From contig JBDWHY010000081.1 in the NCBI GenBank assembly GCA_039974975.1, positions 20,764-84,763 of the forward strand: a stretch of DNA of 64,000 nt, in the 5' to 3' direction. The first letter of the stretch is position 1, and each line of letters starts with the position of its first letter. This DNA comes from Fuerstiella sp. (GTDB taxonomy: Bacteria; Planctomycetota; Planctomycetia; Planctomycetales; Planctomycetaceae). Shown here in pieces: positions 35,422 through 44,259 of this stretch. The notes below the pieces were generated by a model. That model saw only the letters and a list, made by a program, of their open reading frames with translations. It did not search any database and was not told where the DNA came from. Position numbers and translations under genes: made by a program.

Positions 35422-37002
35422 ATGACGCGATTTACATTGGGACGATTTGCAAGTGTATTCCTGCCGACGCTGATCTTGGCAGGAGGTGGCCAAGCCACTT
35501 TGGCGAAGGACTACGTCGCAGTTATCGACACTTCCGCATCGATGAAAGCTGATAGCAAACTTAAATATGCGATTGCTGGAGTCGAAACATTCTCAGCACT
35601 CCTGCAACCGGATGACACACTGCACGTAATCTCATTCAACACATCCTCGACGATTGACGGACCATTCGAGATGGCCGAGGATCGCGAGCAGCTCGCGAAG
35701 ACCACTTCACGATTAAGAGCGACGGGCGGCACAGATTACCTACAGGCGTTGCAAGCCCTGGCACACTCAGAAGGACCTATTCACACTGTTTTCCTGTCTG
35801 ACGGTGCCCACATGGGTGAGCCAGATGATGTGATCAACTACGTGGAACAGCATCTCGCCGATCAAGTGACGATTCATACGATCTCCGTTGGTTGCCCAAA
35901 GGGATCAAACGCAGAACGGCTGTTGAGCCGGATGGCGGTTGTCACAGATGGGTCGCACAGTCGCGTGGAATCCAGTGAGGAGCTTGTCCGGACTTTCCTG
36001 CGGATCGCAATGCAGACACGAGAGTACCGTGGTTTCGAACCATCGAAAGACGAAGTGACAATCAGCGGTCTGCAGGGGAGTGTGCTGGCGTTCGCTTACG
36101 ACGGAGAACCGAGCCTCTCCGTGCCAGTCGAGCGTAGTCGCCAATTCAGGTTGCCAGGGGAAACCGTGAGCCTCGCGGTTGCCAGTCCTTCTGCGGGCGA
36201 GACAGTGGTCGTCAAGCTGCTTGAACGAGCTTCGCCCACTGCCCGGTTGGGCGCAGTTTACACGGATGGGTTGCCCACCCACAAATTGACCATTCTGAAC
36301 CATAGTAGTAGCTATGAGGCAGGCACAGAACTCTCCCTCCTCACTCATTTCCATCATCCAGAATCCAAACGCCCTGTTCCGGTCACCAGCGGGGCTTCAG
36401 CAGAGGTTGAACTGCTTGATGACAGCGGGAATTCAGTTAGCAAGGTCCGTCTGGATTCAGAAGGAGATGCCCTTCGAGGCGTGTTAATGCTGCCCCAAAG
36501 CGAGGGTGTGTGCCAGCTTCGTGTGTCTTCAGTCTGGGAGGTCGATGGTAAACCGTTTGTGCAAATTTCCGAAACAGCAATCATCGTGACCCCTCCGGCT
36601 GTTCAGCCAACTCCAACGCCCCCGAAGAAACCTGCTCCGCAGGAAGAGCCGAAAGTAGAGACGAACCCAGAGTTGTTTTCTGCTTCTCAAAGCCAATTCG
36701 AACTCACCGCTCCTGCCGACGACGTCGTCCGTTTTCAGCTAACTTTTTCGCCGCTGCCAAATCACACGGGAGCAACAAAGCTGACCGCAGATTTTGCAGA
36801 GTTCACGGGCGGCGATGTGGCACAGGACATCATCACGAATGTGAAGTGGGCGCCTTCTGCGACCATTCGCGGAGCCAAGGGGAAGGTAAAACTAGACGCC
36901 GCAATCCTGAGCCCACCAGTCGCTGGAGTTTATAAGTCGACGCTCACGATTAGTGGCAAAAATCAGTCTCTTGATATTCCGGTAACGCTCACAGTCAAGT
37001 GA
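35422..37002 (+). CDS. secreted von Willebrand factor A (vWA) domain protein
   Basis: Signal peptide MTRFTLGRFASVFLPTLILAGGGQATLA. Complete MIDAS (DTSAS, ATGGTDY, LSDGA). Pro-rich linker and a C-terminal beta-rich domain. The ORF is open from 35332. Confidence 0.8.
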   Translation: MTRFTLGRFASVFLPTLILAGGGQATLAKDYVAVIDTSASMKADSKLKYAIAGVETFSALLQPDDTLHVISFNTSSTIDGPFEMAEDREQLAKTTSRLRATGGTDYLQALQALAHSEGPIHTVFLSDGAHMGEPDDVINYVEQHLADQVTIHTISVGCPKGSNAERLLSRMAVVTDGSHSRVESSEELVRTFLRIAMQTREYRGFEPSKDEVTISGLQGSVLAFAYDGEPSLSVPVERSRQFRLPGETVSLAVASPSAGETVVVKLLERASPTARLGAVYTDGLPTHKLTILNHSSSYEAGTELSLLTHFHHPESKRPVPVTSGASAEVELLDDSGNSVSKVRLDSEGDALRGVLMLPQSEGVCQLRVSSVWEVDGKPFVQISETAIIVTPPAVQPTPTPPKKPAPQEEPKVETNPELFSASQSQFELTAPADDVVRFQLTFSPLPNHTGATKLTADFAEFTGGDVAQDIITNVKWAPSATIRGAKGKVKLDAAILSPPVAGVYKSTLTISGKNQSLDIPVTLTVK

Positions 37003-37091
37003 TGTAATCCGGCTTTTTTACGGCTGTCACTCCCAACTGCGGGAGAAATATGCGCAGACGTTTATTCAGTTCTTGTTCGAAAGGGAAAATA

Positions 37092-39998
37092 ATGAGAATC
37101 GCCTTGGTGTTGAGTGTCTTCCTATGGGGGTCGGTGGCCTGTGGGCAGGACGATCGCGAGTTGCTGCTGGTTTTGGCTGATCGGTCAGACTCCACGCGAT
37201 CATGGGATCCTCCTGAGCAGACGCTAGCTGTCTTGCGACATGTGGTGAATGTGGCGTCGCTGACAGACAGACAAATTGACGTGGCCGTCATCACCTTCGG
37301 CAACACGGTGCAGGTATTCGGTGACGAGCAAGGACGACCGACAGCGGCTTTCGACACCCTGCTTGCCCGTCTGGAAAAGAATTGGCCCGAAGCTGGTGGA
37401 GGGACACCACTTGACAGTGCGTTTGAAAAGGCAGTCCAGCTTTATCGGCAGGCTCAGTGTCGTACGACGATAATCCTGCTGACCGACGGTCAGCCTGCGA
37501 GTGGCTTTCTTCAGCCTGATCGGTTCTCTGAAGTACGTCAGAAGATCGACACCATGCGTGAATTGGTTGTCAACAGGTACGTCGAAGACGGAATGACATT
37601 TCTGACTCGAAAGCTGAAGAGCTTCGATGATGATCTGGAAAATCCGGAATCAGATCTGTTTCAGAAGCTTTATCTCACTCAACAAAAGGCTGAAGTGCAG
37701 TTGGTCTTGAAGCTTGCCAAACAGCTCAACCAGAGCAACGTTCGCTTCATTACCTTTGACCATTCGGGAATAGAAATCCTCGAGGAGATTCACTCGACAG
37801 CAGGCGGCCGCGTCGAAGATTTTGTTCGGACGGAACCGGGCAACCTGTTGCCATCACTGAACGAGGTGTTCACGCTGCCGGGTGTAGTTCAGGCTCAACC
37901 CATTCAGCTCGAAGCAGACGATAGCGTTTGCGAAAGTGAACTGCAGATCAAGACCGATCCGATTGCCCAGTCGATTTACACTGCAATCGAGTTCCGCCCG
38001 GCCATCACCGACTTTGCGGCTCACTGTGAACTCAGTATAGAAACGGCTGGAGGAATTCTTCAGTTCGATCCCTTCAACTCCACTGCGGAAACCTCGTTGG
38101 GTCGCAATGGAGTCGGCAGTGTTGTCACTGCCAATATGAGGCTGAGTTTTATCCCTGATGGAGAAGAGCTGACTGTCCGGTGGCTGAGTCCGAATGGAAC
38201 TATGACGTCCCCCGCCGCGACGGCTTACACCTACCTCAAGTTGCGAGACGACGTTGTCGCAGATTTCCGACCTGTCCATTTGCCAATGGACCACAGACCG
38301 CCCTTCGATGTTGCCGCAGAGCAGTTGTTCGCTTATTCATTTGCATTGAGGACAAGAGACAACAAAGAGCAATTTCCGATCGAATCGGCTGAAGCAGTTC
38401 TCCGGTCTCGGTCCACCGTGATTCGGCTGCCAATGTCGGCGTCGCAGAAACATCCGGGAACAGTTGTCAGCGAAGATAAATCGTTACCGCCCGGCACGTG
38501 GGACGTTGAAGTAAATGTCCGAACGGAGTCGGGGCTGGATCTGAGACTCTCCCTTCCGCAGCATCTGACGACATCTTTGCGAGATCGCAAAATTCTGATG
38601 CGACTGCCACTGGGGGCATCTGACGAAACACAGGTCAGTGATTCTCAGAGTCACCTGAATTTCGGACTCCTGAACGATGCACAAACGACTCGTACATTAG
38701 AGTTCCTGGTCTCGCCCGACGGTTTTGATCTGCCGGTGGAAGTGGAATTCACGGCGAGCTTTGTTGATGCGGAGGGTAACAATCCGTCGCAATCATGGGT
38801 GTCGTTTCGCAAGCAGAAGATGACTCTGCGGCCCGGGAAGACAGAAACTCAACAAGTCACGATTGCCCTGCCTGACGAAGTCGATGGTTCGATTATCGAT
38901 GGGTTGCTATCGGGCGGCATTGAAGTCCGCCTGTCTGACTCTGGAATGCGTCTTCCGATTGAGCGTTCCGAAGTCATCGCCGATGGCAACGACATTCCCC
39001 CTGAGCAAATCACGTTCGAACTGAAGCGGCCCACCCTGACAGTCGAGCTTCCGTGGGCGGGGAGGAATCGTATCGAGGAAACTCGATACGGCGAACAGGC
39101 GATCCTGAATATCGACATCAACACGGGATTTACGCGAGAGGTTGAGTTCGTTGTTTTCGACAATGGGAACGTTGAGAAGCAATTGCGACTCCTACCGGGC
39201 TCCAGCGTTGTTGACAAGAACGGAGCTGTCGTCGGCACTCTTCGACTGGGATCGACTGCGCAGTCGGAAGTCATGCAGACTCTGGCTCCTGGAGAACAGG
39301 TGACCTGGACACTTCGGTTGGAAGTTGATCCTGATCACGTCGTCGAAGAAGCGAGCACCCACATTGATATTGCTGGAGACGGGATCGCACACAGACGCAT
39401 TCCGATTCGAATTTTTCAGCGGCAGCCATTGCTGAATGGCCTTGTGGAATGGACAGTCTGGAGTCTTCTCGGCGGTCTCGTCCTGTATTTAATTCGAATG
39501 CTTGCCCGGCGGCGTCAACTGAATCGTCTGACGACAGATGCGGAGCCCGTGCTGACGGAACGCCGAGGGCTAAGCGGCATCCTGTCCTTGGAGACACTGG
39601 GACCAGGAGTGGTAGCCCTCGTTCCTGATGTTCCCATGGAGCGGCTCTCCGAATCTGGGTCAGTCTTTCGTAATTTCCAACCCGGTCAACCAATCCGATT
39701 GCAGCAGAATACGGAGGATGATGCTGTTCTGATTCGCGTCCCACAGGTGGATGTCCCGAGGGATGACGACGACCCCTTAACCTTCGAAGTCGTGACCATT
39801 GATGCCAACGATGACCGACCCGAAGTCGAGATTGCAATTCTCGATGGCGGACACTTCGACGACCAAAATCGCCGATGTACACGACGCCTGAGTGCAGCTT
39901 TCGTCCTTGCGATGCTCCTTGTCGGACTTGGGCTAAGGCTGGACGAACCATCGGTCATCACGAGCTTGCAGTGGTACCACGACGCGCTCATACGCTGA
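37092..39998 (+). CDS. large vWA domain protein with beta-rich repeats and two C-terminal TM helices
   Basis: Signal peptide MRIALVLSVFLWGSVACG. MIDAS DRSDS, GGGTPLD, LTDGQP. TM helices WTVWSLLGGLVLYLIRML and LSAAFVLAMLLVGLGL. Confidence 0.8.
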   Translation: MRIALVLSVFLWGSVACGQDDRELLLVLADRSDSTRSWDPPEQTLAVLRHVVNVASLTDRQIDVAVITFGNTVQVFGDEQGRPTAAFDTLLARLEKNWPEAGGGTPLDSAFEKAVQLYRQAQCRTTIILLTDGQPASGFLQPDRFSEVRQKIDTMRELVVNRYVEDGMTFLTRKLKSFDDDLENPESDLFQKLYLTQQKAEVQLVLKLAKQLNQSNVRFITFDHSGIEILEEIHSTAGGRVEDFVRTEPGNLLPSLNEVFTLPGVVQAQPIQLEADDSVCESELQIKTDPIAQSIYTAIEFRPAITDFAAHCELSIETAGGILQFDPFNSTAETSLGRNGVGSVVTANMRLSFIPDGEELTVRWLSPNGTMTSPAATAYTYLKLRDDVVADFRPVHLPMDHRPPFDVAAEQLFAYSFALRTRDNKEQFPIESAEAVLRSRSTVIRLPMSASQKHPGTVVSEDKSLPPGTWDVEVNVRTESGLDLRLSLPQHLTTSLRDRKILMRLPLGASDETQVSDSQSHLNFGLLNDAQTTRTLEFLVSPDGFDLPVEVEFTASFVDAEGNNPSQSWVSFRKQKMTLRPGKTETQQVTIALPDEVDGSIIDGLLSGGIEVRLSDSGMRLPIERSEVIADGNDIPPEQITFELKRPTLTVELPWAGRNRIEETRYGEQAILNIDINTGFTREVEFVVFDNGNVEKQLRLLPGSSVVDKNGAVVGTLRLGSTAQSEVMQTLAPGEQVTWTLRLEVDPDHVVEEASTHIDIAGDGIAHRRIPIRIFQRQPLLNGLVEWTVWSLLGGLVLYLIRMLARRRQLNRLTTDAEPVLTERRGLSGILSLETLGPGVVALVPDVPMERLSESGSVFRNFQPGQPIRLQQNTEDDAVLIRVPQVDVPRDDDDPLTFEVVTIDANDDRPEVEIAILDGGHFDDQNRRCTRRLSAAFVLAMLLVGLGLRLDEPSVITSLQWYHDALIR

Positions 39999-40069
39999 AC
40001 CCAAACGTTCTCCTCGGCCAAAGATCTTGCTGGCCACCCCCTCTCTTTCGTCAGTTCAAAGGAAATACC

Positions 40070-41017
40070 ATGTCAACGCTCACTTCACGTTCGAATAAAA
40101 GCTCGAAGAAAAAAGAGTCTGGCCGGAAGTCTGTGAGGCCTTCATGCAGTCTGGCAGATACCAACTCTCTTGGGCTTCGGCTTCAACTTGTCGCAGGCAC
40201 CCTTCTCGTTGGGTTGGGTTCGACTGGGACGAGGATTGTTGATTGTCTGATCCGAAAAATCGTTGCTTCGGTGGGCGTGGTTCCGCCGTCTCTGGACTAC
40301 CTGATGATTGACGGGGAAGCCACCGACGATCTCTATGGTCTCGACCATTTTACCTGTGTAGGCATTGCTGGTTGCGGCACTGTCCCCAAAGAAGGCCGTG
40401 ACGCCTTTCTCAAAATATACCCGGAGCTGCTAAAGACGTTCGAAGCCATGCTTCTGCGACTGGATACCACCTCAATTCATATGCCTGCTGCCGTATCACC
40501 AAAGACGTGTGTCGAGGCATGGGTTTTCGCAGGAAACGGAGGCAGTTCCGGCGGCATGCAGCAGCCATGCATCACACTCCTGAACGAAGTCATGCGGAAA
40601 CGACGTATCAAAACACCGCGGATCCACACCGTGTTTCTCGGTGCGGACATGCCAATGAATGATGCTTCACGTAGTACGACAGACAGTCAAATCGAGATCA
40701 CAGCCAGCACCGCCTATTCCAACATCCGAAGGATGGTTTCAGAGCACTGGATGCCTCAAAAAATTCATGATGAATCTCCGACTGGTGGTACCACCCTTCC
40801 CGCCGGCGGTCGCCTTGAGTCTGTGAGCTTTATGGATCAAAGCAACGGCAGACACCAGCTTGGCACAACAGATGAACTGATTGAGATGGTTGCGTCGGCC
40901 TACTTCGCAGCCATCTGCACTCATGCGTCTGTCTCCGTCTCTGCTCGAATGATTGACCTGGAAAAGACCGGCGACACGGTTCGTGCTTTCTGCTCGGCAC
41001 ATGGCATTTCGCACTGA
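40070..41017 (+). CDS. tubulin/FtsZ-superfamily GTPase-like protein (bacterial tubulin-like family, N-terminal part)
   Basis: LLVGLGSTGTRIV (T1-like loop), YLMIDGEATDDL, GCGTVPKEGRDAFL, VFAGNGGSSGGM (T4 GGGTGSG-like). Basic Ser/Lys-rich N-terminal tail. ATG 40070 preferred; the ORF is open from 39875. Confidence 0.6.
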   Translation: MSTLTSRSNKSSKKKESGRKSVRPSCSLADTNSLGLRLQLVAGTLLVGLGSTGTRIVDCLIRKIVASVGVVPPSLDYLMIDGEATDDLYGLDHFTCVGIAGCGTVPKEGRDAFLKIYPELLKTFEAMLLRLDTTSIHMPAAVSPKTCVEAWVFAGNGGSSGGMQQPCITLLNEVMRKRRIKTPRIHTVFLGADMPMNDASRSTTDSQIEITASTAYSNIRRMVSEHWMPQKIHDESPTGGTTLPAGGRLESVSFMDQSNGRHQLGTTDELIEMVASAYFAAICTHASVSVSARMIDLEKTGDTVRAFCSAHGISH

Positions 41018-41140
41018 ACAACTCGCCGACGCACCAGCGAATTCGTGAGTTTGCTGGTGTGCTTCTGAGTCAGATCACACCGACTGCCGAAGTTCTTCAA
41101 ACGCAGTTTCGCTTATCCACCATCACTACAGGGGTTTCTG

Positions 41141-43312
41141 ATGACTGATCTACTAACACCGACAGACTACGGTCGCAATGTCCCAAAGAATGCTCGCAGT
41201 ACCGGTGCCGTCGAATTGTTCTTTCCTCTGTCGCAACTGCTCAAACAGTTCACAGGTCAGTTCCTTTTCGAAAGCCTGGCTCACCTGAAAAAGGGGAAGC
41301 CGATCCCGGACGAAACGCAAGAGCTGGAGAAACAGGATGTCTCATCGGATCTCGTTGAGTTTCGAGAGATCTCCGGCTGCCCTCTCCCTCCCGACTTAAA
41401 GTGGGATGGGACACAGCGAGGATTAACAAAACTACTTCATCTGATTGATGACCTGAAAAACAATGATGGAAGTTGGCGAGAATCGCTGACTGCCTACCTG
41501 CCAGAAATCGACGAATTCGAATCTCGCCTGCGAAAGCGAATCACGGTGGCCATCGAAGCGTTTCATGCTGGTTTTGGAGTAGCAGCTGCTCTGAAAATCG
41601 TGGGGTTCGTGGAAGCAAAGGTAAGGAACGACCAGACGATTCGTGAACAGAAGGGGCTGCCGTCTTTTGAAGGATTGCTCCGTCCTCTGTCTCAACCTGA
41701 AAGACGAGTTCGCACCATAGCCAAAAAGCCCAACCTGGCTATCAGAGCGGTTGGAAAGGTGAATGATCGGATCTCAGTTGGTCGCCTGTATCCGGCACGG
41801 CAGCGAAGCCAGATCGCGTCACTGGTCAAAGCAGGATCTCAACTTCAGGCTGCTCGATTCCATGCCCTCTTGCAGCCTGTTCTGTCCGACGTCGCGATTC
41901 GAATGCTGGGCGACGGTCATTCGATCGGTTGGTTGCACGACATTGAGGAAGAACTTGAGAACGGACAGACCGGTCTTTCGGCATTGGAAGACGCCCTGGA
42001 AACACCAGAACAAGATCCACCTCCGTCGTCGGTCGCTCGATTGCCGCTGGTGGACGGGCTTGACACGGAGCTCGACCGAAACACGGGACACACCCTGCTC
42101 GAAGAATTTCATCTTCGGGCCCGAAGCGTCCGTCGAACGCCGCAACGTTTGGCTCAACATCTCCACAAGAATGGTGTGACCATAGATGGCACTCGGATAC
42201 ACCCTCATCAGTGGAGTGAAATCCCAACGCAGACACTCAGTCGTGCCCTGCTGACTGTGACGGAAAAGTTTCTGGGATGTCACGATATTTCGAAGCCCCT
42301 GAGGCCTGAGGATCCCAAAACAGCTGCCGACGCGATTTCCCAGTTGCACCTTCTGCATCCTTTGCTGCGACCGAGGCTGCAGGTCATGCTCCGTGTGGTC
42401 GTGGAACGCTCAGGGCCATACGCCGAATTCGACCAAATGCAGGGGGAACACACCAATATCCAGTCATATCTTTACTGCGATCCAAACCACCGCAAACCGC
42501 TGATCGACATGCTGTCACGGCAAACGGTAAACATCGCTGAGGCCAGTCGAGCCGAAAAGTACGCGACGGGCCATCCGTATTCAATGCTGCTGCTGCAACA
42601 CCAGATTTGTGCGTCGCTCTGTACAATGCCGGCCGTTCATCGCTGGTCGCAACTGAATAATCGAATGATCCGCAACGGACAAGTTCAGCCGCTGGAAAAG
42701 CGGTTTCGCTATCCCGAAATTCGCCTGCTCAAGCAGCGAGTTCGCGACGATGACGACAATCGAAAGCTATTCGAGGCAGCAAAGGCCGCCGGGGCTGTCG
42801 TTCAGATCGGCTCGACAAATCACTGGACGGTGACACAGCCTGATCTTCGTTTGTCGGAGCTATTCGCTCCATCAAACTGGATCCCGAAGCTTCTGTCGGC
42901 ATCGCAGATATTGTTGTTGGTACGCAACGATCCTGATTTCCGAGCATTCCTGATCGCCCAGTTTCTCTCAGTATCAAATCTGAACATCGAGCTGGAACGA
43001 TTTCGCGAGGAGCACGATGCTCGAGCCGTTGCTCAGGAACTTACGAAATGGGGCGTCCTTCGCTCGGATGCGGAACGGTACTCAGTGAATACAACGTTTG
43101 ATTCGTTCCCGAAACGAGCCCCCCGCGAAATCGTAAAGCGTCGCCCCGGCAAAATCGTTGGTCTTTCGGAAGATGTATTTCTGTCCGCGATGGCCACCCA
43201 TGACCTGCTCTACACCATTTTGTTCTTTGCTGTCACCGATGCCTGGCAACTGAATGAAATCCCAACACGGCAGGTGCCGGATTCCGTCAAGGACTTTGCA
43301 ATCACTCTTTAA
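41141..43312 (+). CDS. large hypothetical protein, probably the C-terminal extension of the tubulin-like family protein
   Basis: 723 aa in the same reading frame as 40070-41017, separated from it only by TGA 41015-41017 and TGA 41066-41068. No family motif recognised. Confidence 0.6.
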   Translation: MTDLLTPTDYGRNVPKNARSTGAVELFFPLSQLLKQFTGQFLFESLAHLKKGKPIPDETQELEKQDVSSDLVEFREISGCPLPPDLKWDGTQRGLTKLLHLIDDLKNNDGSWRESLTAYLPEIDEFESRLRKRITVAIEAFHAGFGVAAALKIVGFVEAKVRNDQTIREQKGLPSFEGLLRPLSQPERRVRTIAKKPNLAIRAVGKVNDRISVGRLYPARQRSQIASLVKAGSQLQAARFHALLQPVLSDVAIRMLGDGHSIGWLHDIEEELENGQTGLSALEDALETPEQDPPPSSVARLPLVDGLDTELDRNTGHTLLEEFHLRARSVRRTPQRLAQHLHKNGVTIDGTRIHPHQWSEIPTQTLSRALLTVTEKFLGCHDISKPLRPEDPKTAADAISQLHLLHPLLRPRLQVMLRVVVERSGPYAEFDQMQGEHTNIQSYLYCDPNHRKPLIDMLSRQTVNIAEASRAEKYATGHPYSMLLLQHQICASLCTMPAVHRWSQLNNRMIRNGQVQPLEKRFRYPEIRLLKQRVRDDDDNRKLFEAAKAAGAVVQIGSTNHWTVTQPDLRLSELFAPSNWIPKLLSASQILLLVRNDPDFRAFLIAQFLSVSNLNIELERFREEHDARAVAQELTKWGVLRSDAERYSVNTTFDSFPKRAPREIVKRRPGKIVGLSEDVFLSAMATHDLLYTILFFAVTDAWQLNEIPTRQVPDSVKDFAITL

Positions 43313-43392
43313 CGCTCACGACTGCAACAGGTGTGCACTTTGAGAGCCGTCCTATGGGCCGCTCATGACTTCGACACGCAGGTAAAACACCG

Positions 43393-44259
43393 ATGGCCAG
43401 CTCATTGACTTCTATCGCTCGATTATTGGATTCGTTTGATCTTTGGAATGGATTCCTACTTGCTGTGACGCTGCACATAGTAGGTGCATGTTGCAGTCAG
43501 TCCCGAACCGAACTGCAGCAGATAGCCCGACGAATTGGATTCAGTGTCTTCCTGATTCTCCTGTTGGCAAACCTGATTCACGACGGCTCATTGCACTCAC
43601 TCATCTCCAGAATATTTCAGGCGGGCGTCCTTACGTGGATTGCGGCTGGGTCTGCGAAGATTCTGATTCCTGTCGTTGCCACATTGGCTGATGGCTGGTC
43701 TCGATCGCATTCGCAGAGTCTCGCAGGAAAGCGCTCAGCAAAACAGAAACGGTTACAAATCCGTCAGGCGAAGCTCCAGGAGGAGCAACGCCGAAGGCGA
43801 GACGAAGATTGGGAAGCTGGTCGCGAGGAACGGGAGCAGGCTGCAGAGGAAGCCAGACAGCAGAAGCAGGCTGAATTGGACCGCTCACGAGAGGAACAGA
43901 AACGCCGAGAGGTTGCAAGATTCGAGGTGCGTCTTCTCTTCGATCGTCACGCTGGTGACATTCGAACATCCATACCTCGCCGCCGATTTGATGAGTACAT
44001 CGAATCTGATCTCAGTGACAAGTATCCCGCTGAAACGGTGGAGCAACGTGCTCAGCAGATGAAGCAAACCATCCTCGACTTCTTCGAATCGAGTGAACCC
44101 GAAACCAAGAACACACCGGAAGCAATCGATTCTCACTACGAGGCGGAGCTCGAACGAATTTCTCAACTTGGCCTCGATGACGAATCGACCGCTGCTATGC
44201 GTTCGGAATTGGCTTTCGCATGGCATCGGTCAAAGCAGTCAGGAAAGATTGTTCTATGA
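43393..44259 (+). CDS. membrane protein with about 3 TM helices and a highly charged coiled-coil domain
   Basis: TM segments in the first 100 aa, then a KQKRLQIRQAKLQEEQRRRRDEDWEAGREEREQAAEEARQQKQAELDRSREEQKRRE stretch. ATGA overlap with the next gene. Confidence 0.7.
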   Translation: MASSLTSIARLLDSFDLWNGFLLAVTLHIVGACCSQSRTELQQIARRIGFSVFLILLLANLIHDGSLHSLISRIFQAGVLTWIAAGSAKILIPVVATLADGWSRSHSQSLAGKRSAKQKRLQIRQAKLQEEQRRRRDEDWEAGREEREQAAEEARQQKQAELDRSREEQKRREVARFEVRLLFDRHAGDIRTSIPRRRFDEYIESDLSDKYPAETVEQRAQQMKQTILDFFESSEPETKNTPEAIDSHYEAELERISQLGLDDESTAAMRSELAFAWHRSKQSGKIVL

